Notes: generated from the letters alone by a model not told the origin. A DNA stretch of 64,000 nucleotides from an uncultured Clostridia bacterium (GCA_944377455.1 CALWEZ010000029.1:1907-65906), one strand, 5' to 3'; shown: positions 16,444-26,813, numbered from the stretch's first letter. Translations and numbers: made by a program.

Positions 16444-17961
16444 ATGTCTTTTGAGAAAAATACTTTTAAGGTGGTAAAGAAAAGAAGGTTACAAAAGAGT
16501 GAGTTTAGCGTGGAATGCAATATTCCAGTCGAAGGCGAGATAAACAAGATTTTTTCTGTTTGTCACTCGGCTGAAGTCGAAAATGTTGAGGTGGCGTTAG
16601 GCGTTGTGAACTACACTGGCAACATCGACTTTTGCATTTTGTATGAATCGGCAGACGGCGAGATTGTGACAAGTAACTATACCTGTCCGTTTTCTTCCAA
16701 GATTGAGGACCAGAATTTGGCGGTCGGCGACAAGGTGCAAATTTCGTGTGAGGTTGTCGACTATTCGATTGAGAGCGCCACAAATTCCAACATCAAAATT
16801 AATTGTAGGCTTGTGCAAAAGGGCGTGGTGATAACAAACAAAGATATCTCCACAATCGATGTCAATGATGACAACATTTGTGCTAAAAAGGAAGAGATTT
16901 TTGTCAGCATCTTTGTGGGCGATGCGTCAAGTGTATTCTCGGTTGACAGTGAAGTGTCCATCAAAGAGCCAGTGAGAAAGATTATGCTTTGCGATGCGTC
17001 GGTGTCAGTTAAGAATGTGGAATGTGGAAACAACTTTGTCGCTGTCAGCGGCGAGGTGGTTGGTAGACTTTTGTATCTCACAGAGAATGACCGCTATGAA
17101 ACCTCATATCTAAGCGAAAACTTCAAAGAAGAAGTGGAACTTGAAGGCGTGACCAGAGATTCTGTTGCCGAGGCAGTGGCGTTCGTCAAACGTAGCCAAG
17201 TTAAGTGTGAGGTTGAAGAACAAGAGCGTGGCGTTTTAATTAAAACCAATATTCCAGTTTGCCTTAAAGTGTGTGCGTTTGAAGAAAAGCCTTGCAGTGT
17301 CATCAAAGACCTTTATAGTTGCAGAGAGGGTATGGAGGTTTCGACCGAGTCCTTTGACATGACGAAAGAGTTGCAGTGCGATTATTTTGAAACTAAGATT
17401 GACGGAAATTTGAATTTGGGTGAAGAGCATCCAAGAGTTGACAAACTTTTGTTTGTGGCTGGCACGAATCTTACAATTTCTAATTCCTATATCCAAAACG
17501 GCGAACTTTTTGTTGAGGGCGTGGCGAAGGCAAATGTGGTTTATCTCAACGACGAAGAAAATTCGCTTCATTCTGTGACGATGGAAGTGCCATTTGTTGT
17601 CAGCGACAAAACAAGCGTTTCATGCGAAAATCCTGAAATCAACATATGTGCGGTTTTAAATGATGTCGATGTGATTGCGAAGAAGGGCAGAGATTTGTTC
17701 TTCGACGGCAAGTTGAGAATCTTTGCAAGTTACGATTGCGACGAAATCTGCGCTGTCATCAGTGACGCGAACCTTTCTGGAGACGTCATCGAAAGAGATT
17801 GCTCAATCGAACTAATTTACGCTAAGTCTGGTATGGAAGCGTGGGATATTGCAAAACAATTTAAAGTGAGAGAGGATGTTTTGATGCTTCAAAATCCTGA
17901 CGTTGCCTTTCCACTTGCCGAGGACACCAATGTTATCGTGTATTATCAAAAGACCAACTAA
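16444..17961 (+). CDS. SPOCS/DUF3794-domain protein with C-terminal LysM-like motif
   Basis: 505 aa with a repetitive all-beta-like sequence, as in clostridial DUF3794 proteins commonly found next to veg. The C-terminal AWDIAKQFKVREDVLMLQNP is LysM-like. SD GGAGGT upstream. Confidence 0.55.
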   Translation: MSFEKNTFKVVKKRRLQKSEFSVECNIPVEGEINKIFSVCHSAEVENVEVALGVVNYTGNIDFCILYESADGEIVTSNYTCPFSSKIEDQNLAVGDKVQISCEVVDYSIESATNSNIKINCRLVQKGVVITNKDISTIDVNDDNICAKKEEIFVSIFVGDASSVFSVDSEVSIKEPVRKIMLCDASVSVKNVECGNNFVAVSGEVVGRLLYLTENDRYETSYLSENFKEEVELEGVTRDSVAEAVAFVKRSQVKCEVEEQERGVLIKTNIPVCLKVCAFEEKPCSVIKDLYSCREGMEVSTESFDMTKELQCDYFETKIDGNLNLGEEHPRVDKLLFVAGTNLTISNSYIQNGELFVEGVAKANVVYLNDEENSLHSVTMEVPFVVSDKTSVSCENPEINICAVLNDVDVIAKKGRDLFFDGKLRIFASYDCDEICAVISDANLSGDVIERDCSIELIYAKSGMEAWDIAKQFKVREDVLMLQNPDVAFPLAEDTNVIVYYQKTN

Positions 17962-17998
17962 ATAAAAACTTAATAAATTTACTTTAACAATATTTAAT

Positions 17999-18030
17999 AA
18001 AATCTGCTAATTATAGCAGATTTTATTTTT
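17999..18030. terminator. bidirectional terminator between convergent genes
   Basis: Stem ATCTGCTA (18002-18009) / TAGCAGAT (18014-18021) with A/T extension and T-runs on both strands. It overlaps the stop of the minus-strand gene. Confidence 0.65.
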
Positions 18031-18565
18031 CTTTTGATAGGTTGCTCTTTCTTAAAATGATTTTATTCTCTTCCTTTTCAAAAGTAAAGCCGTTTTTGGT
18101 GTAGAAGTCACTTGCTCCGTGCCAAAAACTCCCATTTGGATAGAACCAACCGACAATCTCTTGGTAATTTTGAGATTTAATAAACTCTTCCATTCTCTTA
18201 AACATCAAACTACCTAAGCCGACTTTGAAATAGTTTTCATCGGTGATTTCTATTAAATCAAGTTGGCAAATTTTAACTTTCGAATTTTTTGAAAGGTTGT
18301 TTTTATGAATATATGCTTCATCTACGATTTGGCTAGTAGCAGAGTTATTTAAAAGATTTGTATCCTTTATCAAGTATTTTCCTTCAAACTTTTTCAACTT
18401 TGTGTTTTCTAAAAACTTGACTTCGCGTTCTATTATTTCAAAAATACATTTGCCGACAATATTGTTTTGCGTGTCAATGGCGGTGATAACATATTTATCT
18501 TTTGTAGGCAAAAGACTTATAATTGCAACCTTGCCGTTTTTCAATTTTATACTTTCTTTAATCAT
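18023..18565 (-). CDS. putative GNAT-family acetyltransferase
   Basis: 180 aa. The C-terminal stretch VGLGSLMFKRMEEFIKSQNYQEIVGW...FYTKNGF resembles the GNAT motif A/B region. The assignment is weak. Confidence 0.4.
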   Translation of the reverse strand: MIKESIKLKNGKVAIISLLPTKDKYVITAIDTQNNIVGKCIFEIIEREVKFLENTKLKKFEGKYLIKDTNLLNNSATSQIVDEAYIHKNNLSKNSKVKICQLDLIEITDENYFKVGLGSLMFKRMEEFIKSQNYQEIVGWFYPNGSFWHGASDFYTKNGFTFEKEENKIILRKSNLSKEK

Positions 18566-18571
18566 AGTTAT

Positions 18572-18600
18572 GTTTTAACATATGAGACGCTTTATGTCAA
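18572..18600 (-). promoter_or_regulatory. TTGACA-17-TAAAAC promoter-like element ending 6 nt before the ATG at 18565; candidate leaderless mRNA
   Basis: The minus strand reads TTGACA(18600-18595)...TAAAAC(18577-18572)ATAACTATG. There is no SD. Confidence 0.3.
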
Positions 18601-18737
18601 TAGGAAAATATATTTTTTTAAAAAATCTAAGTAAAATCACGTTTATTTTCGATTTTTTCTTAATTTTAAGCCAATTTTCGCACTTTTTTCTTTAATTATA
18701 TATTTTTTTCGGTCAAAATTTAAAAGAAGAGGTGTGT

Positions 18738-19262
18738 ATGAAATATCTAGTTTCCTTTATTTGTGTGGTTGCAATCACGCTTATCATTGTCTTTTGTGGG
18801 AATGTCAATTCGAGTTCAAATGAGGAATATTTTAGAATTCATATTCGTGCAAACTCCAATTCGGCTGAGGACCAAAATGTCAAGTATGAGGTCAAGGACG
18901 AGGTGGTGGAATATTTAATTCCGCTCTTGTCAAACGCTGAGACTAAGGAAGAGGCAGAGAAAATTTTAAGTGAGCATCTATCTGATATAGAGGCAGTGGC
19001 GGATGAGGTTTTATCAAAAAATGGCTTCGCATACACCTCGAAGGCATACATTTCCTTTGAGGAATTTCCAACGCGCGAGTATGGTGACTTGGTTTTGGAA
19101 GAAGGATTTTATGATGCCATCATTCTTGCTCTTGGAACTGGCGAGGGAGATAACTGGTGGTGTGTGGTCTATCCGCCATTTTGCTTTTTAGAAACAAAAA
19201 ATTCTGAAAATTATGTGTATATTTCAAAAATTTGGGAAATTATAAATAATATCATTGGATGA
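18738..19262 (+). CDS. spoIIR: stage II sporulation protein R
   Basis: N-terminal signal anchor, then FRIHIRANSNSAEDQNVKYEVKDEV and GEGDNWWCVVYPPFCF, which are the hallmark SpoIIR motifs. Confidence 0.85.
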   Translation: MKYLVSFICVVAITLIIVFCGNVNSSSNEEYFRIHIRANSNSAEDQNVKYEVKDEVVEYLIPLLSNAETKEEAEKILSEHLSDIEAVADEVLSKNGFAYTSKAYISFEEFPTREYGDLVLEEGFYDAIILALGTGEGDNWWCVVYPPFCFLETKNSENYVYISKIWEIINNIIG

Positions 19263-19302
19263 AACAATTCATTTGATAATTTGATGATAAAAGGGAGGAA
19301 AA

Positions 19303-19977
19303 ATGAAAAGAAAAATTTTAGCGCTTACTTTTGCAATTATCTTTGCGATTGTTGGCGTCGGAGCGATTACAACAGCGGTCATTACATACGAGTCGCCAAA
19401 CGTAGTTTCAGCGGCAATCTCAACAAGCGAGACTAAACTTGTTCAGCAGAGACTTAAAAACTGGGGATACTACACAGGTAGTGTCGACGGCATCTATGGC
19501 AGTTTGACGCGTTCGGCAGTTCGAAAGTTTCAACAAAACAATGGGCTTCAAGTTGATGGAATTGTCGGTCCGCAGACAGCTGCGGCAATAGGTTTCTCAA
19601 TCAAAAGTGACAGTGCGTCAACTTCTAACAACGACCTATATCTCTTAGCAAAATGCGTCTACGCTGAAGCGCGTGGAGAGAGTTATGTTGGCCAAGTTGC
19701 GGTTGCGGCGGTAATACTAAACAGAGTGGAAAGTGAGAAATTCCCAAACACCATCGCAGGTGTTATCTATCAGCCATACGCTTTCACGGCGGTGAGCGAT
19801 GGGCAAATTAATTTAGAGCCAGACCAAACCGCTTACAATGCAGCGCGTGACGCCTTAAACGGCTGGGATCCTACATATGGCAGTCTCTATTATTACAACC
19901 CTGCCACTGCCACAAGTTCGTGGATATGGTCGAGGCAGACCGTTGTCACAATCGGCAAGCACGTGTTTGCAATATAG
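19303..19977 (+). CDS. sleB: spore cortex-lytic enzyme (PG_binding_1 + SleB/CwlJ hydrolase domain)
   Basis: Signal peptide, a peptidoglycan-binding repeat (LKNWGYYTGSVDGIYGSLTRSAVRKFQQNNGLQVDGIVGPQT), and a Hydrolase_2 core (AKCVYAEARGESYVGQVAVAAVILNRV...YQPYAFTAV). Confidence 0.85.
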   Translation: MKRKILALTFAIIFAIVGVGAITTAVITYESPNVVSAAISTSETKLVQQRLKNWGYYTGSVDGIYGSLTRSAVRKFQQNNGLQVDGIVGPQTAAAIGFSIKSDSASTSNNDLYLLAKCVYAEARGESYVGQVAVAAVILNRVESEKFPNTIAGVIYQPYAFTAVSDGQINLEPDQTAYNAARDALNGWDPTYGSLYYYNPATATSSWIWSRQTVVTIGKHVFAI

Positions 19978-19987
19978 GAGGTAAAAA

Positions 19988-21439
19988 ATGGAAAAGTTAA
20001 AAAATAATGAAATTACGCAAGAAAATTTAGAAAAAACGCAAAAAAAGTTAGAAAATTCTAAAAAATCTACTAAAAAATGTGAAATTGAGAGCGAAAAGAA
20101 ATCATCTAAAATTAAAAGATTTAAAAGTGCTGTTGTAGGTTTGTCGCTTGCGGTGGCAATACTTGGTGCCACCACTTTAGGTTTAGGCGTTGCATACGGC
20201 GTGACGCAAGACAAGGTGGACGCGTATGGCACACAACTTGAAAGCGTCTATCAAAAAAATTACTACGAACTTGTTGACAATGTAAATAATGCCGACATGG
20301 AGATGAGCAAACTTTTAAATGCTTCAAGTTCTACATATCAAAAGAAGATGTTGACTGAGATTGCGGACGCTTCCAAAAATATGCAAAACAACATTGCACT
20401 TTTGCCACTGACTGGTGACGATGTCTTAGAGAGCGTAAGTTTTGTCAATCAACTTTCTGGCTACACTACAATCTTAGAGGAAAAGTTGGCTAATGGCGAG
20501 AGTTTATCGCAAGATGACCTTGCGACGCTTCAGGAACTTCATATGGCGCTTATCAGCATGAAAGATAACTTGAACAGGATTTCCATGGATATGCGAAATG
20601 GTTACAGCATTTTAAAGGCAAGCAACGAGATGGATGGTGACCTAAACTCTTTTACAGTCGACTTCAATCAAATCAAAGCGAACGATGTTGACTATCCAAC
20701 AATGATTTACGACGGACCTTTCTCAGACTCTGTTGTAAACCAAAAAATTAAGGGTTTAACTGGCAGTGAAGTGACAGAAGAAGAGACCGGTAAGACTTTA
20801 GGCAAGGTCTTTAAAGATTTGACCTCTTATTCATATAACGGTAGAACGGAAGGAAAATTCCAAACATACAACTTTGATTTGAAGACAAGCGACGAGCAAG
20901 AACTATATGCACAAGTGACCATTCAAGGTGGACATCTTCTCACTGTCAGCGGTCAAAATGTCAGCGATGTTAAAAATATAGACATGGCGACAGGCGAAAA
21001 GATAGCGAAAGAGTTTGCGAAATCTAATGACATCGAAAATCCTGAAATTGTTTGGAGCGAAGAACTCAACAACCAAGCATATTTCAACATCGCGCCAAAG
21101 GAAAATGGAATTATTCTCTATCCTGACCTTGTGAAAGTTAAGGTGGATTTAGAGTATGGCAATGTCATCGGCTATGATGCAATTTCCTACTACACAAATC
21201 ACACCAATAGAGCTTTAGGCTCGGCAAGTGATGTATCTGTTTCCATTCCGAGCGGATTTAAGATTGTGACTAAGCGTTTGGTGCTTGCTCCACTTGATTA
21301 TAATCGTGAGGTTTTGTGCTATGAGTATCAATGCGAAAAGGAAGGAATAACCTATTACTTCTACTTTAACGCTAAAACTGGCGAAGAAGAAAACATCTTA
21401 AAGGTTGTGGAGACGACAGATTCTTCAAAGTTGATGTAG
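19988..21439 (+). CDS. ypeB: germination protein YpeB
   Basis: 483 aa, immediately downstream of sleB (10-nt gap, SD AGGAGG). It has an N-terminal TM anchor and PepSY-like C-terminal repeats, the classic sleB-ypeB pairing. Confidence 0.75.
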   Translation: MEKLKNNEITQENLEKTQKKLENSKKSTKKCEIESEKKSSKIKRFKSAVVGLSLAVAILGATTLGLGVAYGVTQDKVDAYGTQLESVYQKNYYELVDNVNNADMEMSKLLNASSSTYQKKMLTEIADASKNMQNNIALLPLTGDDVLESVSFVNQLSGYTTILEEKLANGESLSQDDLATLQELHMALISMKDNLNRISMDMRNGYSILKASNEMDGDLNSFTVDFNQIKANDVDYPTMIYDGPFSDSVVNQKIKGLTGSEVTEEETGKTLGKVFKDLTSYSYNGRTEGKFQTYNFDLKTSDEQELYAQVTIQGGHLLTVSGQNVSDVKNIDMATGEKIAKEFAKSNDIENPEIVWSEELNNQAYFNIAPKENGIILYPDLVKVKVDLEYGNVIGYDAISYYTNHTNRALGSASDVSVSIPSGFKIVTKRLVLAPLDYNREVLCYEYQCEKEGITYYFYFNAKTGEEENILKVVETTDSSKLM

Positions 21440-21574
21440 AAAAATTCCTGTTTAAGCTGAAATTTAAACGATAATTTAATAGTGGTTTTAAAATTTTAAT
21501 CAAGCTTTGAAATAAGGAAATGTTAATTTGAAATAAAAAATGTTGATTGTAAAAGGTTGATTGTATTTAAAATT

Positions 21575-21605
21575 AAAAAAGTATGCAGTTTTGCATACTT
21601 TTTTG
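21575..21605. terminator. bidirectional terminator between ypeB and spoVG
   Basis: Stem GTATGCA (21581-21587) / TGCATAC (21592-21598), flanked by A6 and T6 runs. Confidence 0.7.
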
Positions 21606-21615
21606 ATAATCACAC

Positions 21616-21885
21616 TTATTCTTGTTCGCTTGCAAGTGCTTTTTCATAAGCGGCCATGATTTGTTCCTTCAAACTCTCTCTAACTTCGGTTTTGATTGGA
21701 TGAACGATGTCCTTGAATTTTCCATCTTCAGTTTTTTTGCTTGGCATTGAAAGGAAATATCCGTCTTTGCCATTGATGACTTTGATGTCGTGAACAACAA
21801 GTTCATCGTCGATTGTGATGGAAGCAACCGCTTTAAGTTTTTCGTTGTTGTTTACAAGTCTTACTCTAATGTCTGTGATTTTCAA
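21616..21885 (-). CDS. spoVG: septation/sporulation regulator SpoVG
   Basis: 89 aa. MKITDIRVRLVNNNEKLKAVASITIDDELVVHDIKVINGKDGYFLSMPSKKTEDGKFKDIVHPI is near-canonical SpoVG. The start codon is TTG. Confidence 0.92.
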   Translation of the reverse strand: MKITDIRVRLVNNNEKLKAVASITIDDELVVHDIKVINGKDGYFLSMPSKKTEDGKFKDIVHPIKTEVRESLKEQIMAAYEKALASEQE

Positions 21886-22009
21886 TTGCTTATACCTTCC
21901 TTTTTTAAATTAACCTTTATGGTCAAGATAATTATACCATAATTTGCAAATATTCCAAACGATTTTCAATAATTTTATCAAATATTTAACAAGTTTCATA
22001 TAAAAAGGT

Positions 22010-23254
22010 ATGAAATATTATTTTATAGGTATATGTGGAATATCTATGCGTTCGCTTGCTGTTTTATTGAAATTAAACGGACACGAGGTTAAAGGTAGCG
22101 ATATTTCGCCATCCGATTTAGATTTTTTCGAAAAATACAACATAAAAGTTTTTGATGGACATATGCCAAGTGAAGTGAAAAAGGCGGATGTGGTTGTGGT
22201 TTCCTCTGCGATTGGAGAAGATGATGTTGACCTTCAAACTGCAAAAAGATTTAAGCGAAAAGTTATAACGCGTGGCGAACTTCTCGGCGAAATTTCTTCC
22301 TACTACGAAAAGGTTATAGCGGTGGCTGGCTCTCACGGAAAGACGACAACGACTGCTCTAATTTATAACATCCTAAAAAAAGAAAAACCTACCTTGCACT
22401 TAGGCGGGATATTAAAAGAAGAAAATACAAGTTTTATCTATGGTAACAAAAAATATTTTATAACTGAAGCATGTGAATATCATGATAATTTTCTTTATTT
22501 AAAACCATATGTTGGAGTTATCACAAATATTGAAAGAGAGCATCTCGACTATTTCAAGACTTTTGAAAATGAACTAGCGTCGTTTGATAAATTTCGAAAT
22601 AATTGTAAGAATGCTATCGACGGACAGGGAGAATATCATATCCAAAATATAAAACACCGATATGGAAAACTGTGCTTTGACATATATTTAAAAGACGAAT
22701 GTGTGATGTCGCTTAAAATGAACATATGTGAAGATGTGAATGCGGTCAATGCGCTTTTGGCGTATAGAACTTGCAAACTCTTAGGCGTAAGTGATTTTGA
22801 GATTAAACGAGGCTTAGAGAGTTTCAAAGGTGTCAAGCGTAGGTTTGAAAAGGTCAAGTCGAAAGTTTTTAAAAGTGTGATTGTGGACTATGCGCACCAT
22901 CCAACTGAGATAAAAAACACGCTTCAAACGGCAAAGAAAATTTATAAAAATGTTGTGTTCATTTTTCAGCCTCACACATACTCTCGCACAAAGGAACTTT
23001 TAAAAGAATTTGTAGAGGTTTTTAAGGATGAAGAAAACTTAATATTCTATAAAAGCTTTCCAGCGCGTGAAAAGAAAGAGGCTGGCCTGTCCTCTAAAGA
23101 ACTTGCAAAAATTTTAGGGCGAAAATATTTTGACGATGCTGACGAATTGGTGAGTTATCTGCAAACGGAATATCCAATCAACACGCCTATTTTTATAGGC
23201 GCTGGAGACCTTCCAAAATTGCTGGAAGATAAAAAATATATAGAAAAACTTTAA
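22010..23254 (+). CDS. murC: UDP-N-acetylmuramate--L-alanine ligase
   Basis: 414 aa with the N-terminal Rossmann stretch YYFIGICGISMRSLA, the Mur ligase P-loop GSHGKTTTTALI and a C-terminal DYAHHPTEI. Confidence 0.85.
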   Translation: MKYYFIGICGISMRSLAVLLKLNGHEVKGSDISPSDLDFFEKYNIKVFDGHMPSEVKKADVVVVSSAIGEDDVDLQTAKRFKRKVITRGELLGEISSYYEKVIAVAGSHGKTTTTALIYNILKKEKPTLHLGGILKEENTSFIYGNKKYFITEACEYHDNFLYLKPYVGVITNIEREHLDYFKTFENELASFDKFRNNCKNAIDGQGEYHIQNIKHRYGKLCFDIYLKDECVMSLKMNICEDVNAVNALLAYRTCKLLGVSDFEIKRGLESFKGVKRRFEKVKSKVFKSVIVDYAHHPTEIKNTLQTAKKIYKNVVFIFQPHTYSRTKELLKEFVEVFKDEENLIFYKSFPAREKKEAGLSSKELAKILGRKYFDDADELVSYLQTEYPINTPIFIGAGDLPKLLEDKKYIEKL

Positions 23255-23430
23255 AAATATCGATTTTTTTATTAAAAAGTAGAAAATTTTTAATAAAAAT
23301 TGTATTTTAAATTAAAAAAGTGTGGATTTTTGATAAAAAATATGTATTTAAATCTAATTTAAGAAAAGTAAATTTTTATAAAAACAAAATCGTGTAACTA
23401 AAATGGGAGAGTTTCATAAAATGAGAATGT

Positions 23431-24153
23431 ATGAAGTTTATTTATAAAAATAGTCCAATTTTTTATAGGTATCATAAGCGAAAGGATGAGGTTGTCAATG
23501 TCTATCTGCATGGTTGGGGAGCAAGTTACAAGTCGCTATATTTTTGTAAAGACCACATAAAGACCTCTTCTCTTTTTATTGATTTTCCGCCGTTTGGGCT
23601 GAGTGATAAGAACATTAAAGGTTGGTCGATTTTCTCTTATGCCACAATGGTTGTGTCGCTCTGCGAAAAACTTGGCATTCGTAAGATAAATTTGATTGGG
23701 CATTCGTTTGGTGGTAGGGTGGCAATACTTGTCTCGGTGTTTTGCCCTAGTCGCGTCAACAAACTTGTGCTTGTGGATAGCGCGGGAGTTAAACCAAGGC
23801 GCGGACTTAGTTATCATTTTAAAGTTTGGAAATATCGCATGCGAAGGCGTTTGAGGCTGGATACTTCAAACATGGGCAGTTGTGACTATTTGGCGCTAAG
23901 CGACAATATGAAAAAGACCTTTAAAAACATCGTCAACACGCACTTAAATGACTTTTTAAAAGATGTGAAAGTGCCAACTTTGATAGTCTTTGGAAAGAAC
24001 GATAAAACCACCCCGCTATACATGGCGAAATACTTACATAAGAAGATAAAGAATAGCAAATTAATTTTGATTGATGACGCTGGGCATTTTTGTTTTGATG
24101 ATAATCGTTATGTATTTTTAAAAAGTGTGAGTGCATTTTTGAAGGAGGGGTGA
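23431..24153 (+). CDS. alpha/beta-fold hydrolase
   Basis: 240 aa with the nucleophile elbow GHSFGG and a C-terminal DAGHF (catalytic His region). Its stop overlaps the murF start (GTGA). Confidence 0.7.
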   Translation: MKFIYKNSPIFYRYHKRKDEVVNVYLHGWGASYKSLYFCKDHIKTSSLFIDFPPFGLSDKNIKGWSIFSYATMVVSLCEKLGIRKINLIGHSFGGRVAILVSVFCPSRVNKLVLVDSAGVKPRRGLSYHFKVWKYRMRRRLRLDTSNMGSCDYLALSDNMKKTFKNIVNTHLNDFLKDVKVPTLIVFGKNDKTTPLYMAKYLHKKIKNSKLILIDDAGHFCFDDNRYVFLKSVSAFLKEG

Positions 24154-25565
24154 TGAATGTTTTGTTCGCGTTTTTGGTGGCAGTGGCAGAAACATTTTTA
24201 ATGTTGCCACTACTTAAGACCTATCAACTGGAGAATTATCGCATACTAAATTTTGTTAAACGTGCGCTCAAACTAAATTTGGGTTTTGGCGATAAAAACT
24301 CAATAAAATTCACAAAACGCATGGTAAGAGCGATTTTTTGCAATTTTTTATTGATTTTTGTGGTATTTTTATTGATTTTTTATCTAATTCACTATGTATA
24401 TGTTGAATTAATTTTGATTTTTGTGGGCGTTTTAATCTTGCCGATATTTTTGATTATATCGCATTTTTTAGTTTTGCCGATAGAAAAATTGATTATGCAC
24501 CACTACATCAAAAAGGCGAAAGAAAAACTTAAAAGTATGCCGTGTAGAAAGATAGCAATTACTGGAAGTTTTGGTAAGACCAGCACAAAAAACATCCTTC
24601 TTCAAATTTTGAGTAAAAAATTTAGAACTTGTGCCACGCCGAAAAGTTACAACACACCGATGGGAATTTGTAAGACGATTTTAGAAAATTTAAGTCCGCT
24701 TGACGATTTCTTTATTGTCGAAATGGGAGCGAGACATAAAGGCGATATTGCCTTTTTGTGCAATTTGATTGGTGCGGACTATGGTATTTTGACGCCAGTT
24801 GGCAAGTGCCATATCGAGACTTTTAAGACACTGGAAAATGTGGAAAAGACCAAATTTGAACTATGCCAAAATGTCAAAGATTTCATGCTGATAAATGCCA
24901 AAAGCGAATCGAATATGAGGCTGTATGACAAGTGTGAAAAGAAAAAATATTTGATTTGCAAGGAAGATTCTTTTGCGTATGCAAGCGATGTCGGGTTATC
25001 GGAAGGTGTGACAATTTTTACGTTACATATAGATAATAAGAGCGTGACTGTTAAAACCAACTTGCTTGGTAGAGCGAATGTTGATAACATTGTTGTGGCG
25101 TCGAGTTTGGCGTATCTTCTTGGCGTCAATCTTTTGGACATCAAGAGCGGTATTGAAAACTTAAAGCCGATACCGCATCGCTTGGAACTTATAAAGGGCT
25201 ATGCGACAATTATTGACGACTCATATAACAGCAATTATGACGGCTTCAAGCAGGCGCTTTCTGTGCTCGATTCGTTCAGCGGAAAAAAGATTTTGGTGAC
25301 ACCAGGTATGGTGGAACTAGGAGTGGAGCAAGATAAGATAAATCGCGACATAGCGTGTGAAATTGCTAAGGTTTGCGACTATGTTATCATTATGAACAAA
25401 GTGAATAAAAACGCACTCACTGAGGGTTTAAGGTCGGCTAAGTTTGATATGAAAAATGTGGCGTATGCTCAGTCTCGAAAGGAGCAAAAGGAGATATTGA
25501 AAAAGTTGATAACGAAGGATAGTGTCATCCTTTTTGAAAACGATTTGCCAGATAATTATAGATGA
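24150..25565 (+). CDS. murF: UDP-N-acetylmuramoyl-tripeptide--D-alanyl-D-alanine ligase with hydrophobic N-terminal extension
   Basis: Mur ligase P-loop ITGSFGKTSTKN, SYNTPMGICKTIL, IDDSYNSN and GMVELG. The first ~125 aa contain about three long hydrophobic segments in place of the usual soluble domain 1. Confidence 0.8.
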   Translation: MMNVLFAFLVAVAETFLMLPLLKTYQLENYRILNFVKRALKLNLGFGDKNSIKFTKRMVRAIFCNFLLIFVVFLLIFYLIHYVYVELILIFVGVLILPIFLIISHFLVLPIEKLIMHHYIKKAKEKLKSMPCRKIAITGSFGKTSTKNILLQILSKKFRTCATPKSYNTPMGICKTILENLSPLDDFFIVEMGARHKGDIAFLCNLIGADYGILTPVGKCHIETFKTLENVEKTKFELCQNVKDFMLINAKSESNMRLYDKCEKKKYLICKEDSFAYASDVGLSEGVTIFTLHIDNKSVTVKTNLLGRANVDNIVVASSLAYLLGVNLLDIKSGIENLKPIPHRLELIKGYATIIDDSYNSNYDGFKQALSVLDSFSGKKILVTPGMVELGVEQDKINRDIACEIAKVCDYVIIMNKVNKNALTEGLRSAKFDMKNVAYAQSRKEQKEILKKLITKDSVILFENDLPDNYR

Positions 25566-25697
25566 TAATATGTTGAGAAAAATTCGAAAATTACAATTAA
25601 AATTCAAATTGTTTTTGGAAAAATATAGAAAAAATCAATTTTTTTTAATGTTTTTAACCTATTTTTTATAATTTTCATAAGAATATAAGAGGTATTT

Positions 25698-26813
25698 ATG
25701 AATAATAATGTGTATGTTTTTTATGGTGGCGAAAGCGTGGAGCATGACATTTCAATTATAACCGCCATGCAAGTTTTAAGAGTGTGCCCAGATTTGATCC
25801 CTGTGTATATCGGTCGGAATGGAGTTATGCATATCGCAGAAAATTTAAAAGATGTTAAAATTTATTCGAATTTTGAGAAACTTGCAAAAGGTGTTAAGGA
25901 TGTCACGTTTATAACTGGTAAACCATATTTGGCGATTAAGAAAAATGGTAAGTATAGCAAATTTTTGCCAGTCAGCTTTGCGCTTCTCTGCACGCACGGC
26001 AAGTTTGGCGAGGACGGCGAACTTCAGGGAATACTCGACAGTTGCCATATTCCTTACTCAAGTTCCAACAGCATTTCAAGCGCGCTGTGTATGGACAAAA
26101 TTTTTATGAAAGACATCTTTGTGTCTAGAAAAATTCCGTCAGTAAAAAGTTATCCACTTTTCTATGAAGATTACTTAAAAAATAAGGATAGGGTTAAGAA
26201 AGATATTGCAAAGGAGATAGATTTTCCGCTGATTTTGAAACCTGCAAGGCTTGGCAGTTCTATCGGTATTCGTGTTTGCGAGAGTGTGGATGAATTAGAA
26301 AAGGCGATAGATTTTTGCGCCAAATTTGACAACCGAATTTTGCTAGAAAAATACCTTTCAGAGATTGATGAGTATAATTGCGCATGTGTGTATATGAATG
26401 ACGAGCCACTTGTTTCGGATGTGCAAAAGGTGGAAAAGTCATCGCAATTTTTTTCTTTTGAAGAAAAATATTTAAAAAATCACGATAAAAATGATGAAAA
26501 AATTGAAAAAAATCTAAAAAAACAGATAAAAATGCTCGCATGCAAGGTTTACAAAATTTTTAACTGCTTTGGCGTTGTGCGAATTGACTTTATATTAGAT
26601 AAGAAGAATCAAAAACTTTATGTCAACGAATTAAACAACATACCTGGTTCGCTTGCCTTTTATCTATTCAAAGATTTGAAATTTAAGGATCTAATTAACT
26701 GCCTTATCGAAGAGGGTAAACTAAGACGCATAAGAGAGCAATTCGTGTCGGCTTATGACAGCGAGGCGCTTGCTGTGTTTGAGAAAATAAACTTGGAAAT
26801 GGTAAAAAAATAG
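25698..26813 (+). CDS. ddl: D-alanine--D-alanine ligase
   Basis: 371 aa with the N-terminus VFYGGESVEHDISIITA and an ATP-grasp core (FPLILKPARLGSSIGI, NELNNIPGS). Confidence 0.88.
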   Translation: MNNNVYVFYGGESVEHDISIITAMQVLRVCPDLIPVYIGRNGVMHIAENLKDVKIYSNFEKLAKGVKDVTFITGKPYLAIKKNGKYSKFLPVSFALLCTHGKFGEDGELQGILDSCHIPYSSSNSISSALCMDKIFMKDIFVSRKIPSVKSYPLFYEDYLKNKDRVKKDIAKEIDFPLILKPARLGSSIGIRVCESVDELEKAIDFCAKFDNRILLEKYLSEIDEYNCACVYMNDEPLVSDVQKVEKSSQFFSFEEKYLKNHDKNDEKIEKNLKKQIKMLACKVYKIFNCFGVVRIDFILDKKNQKLYVNELNNIPGSLAFYLFKDLKFKDLINCLIEEGKLRRIREQFVSAYDSEALAVFEKINLEMVKK

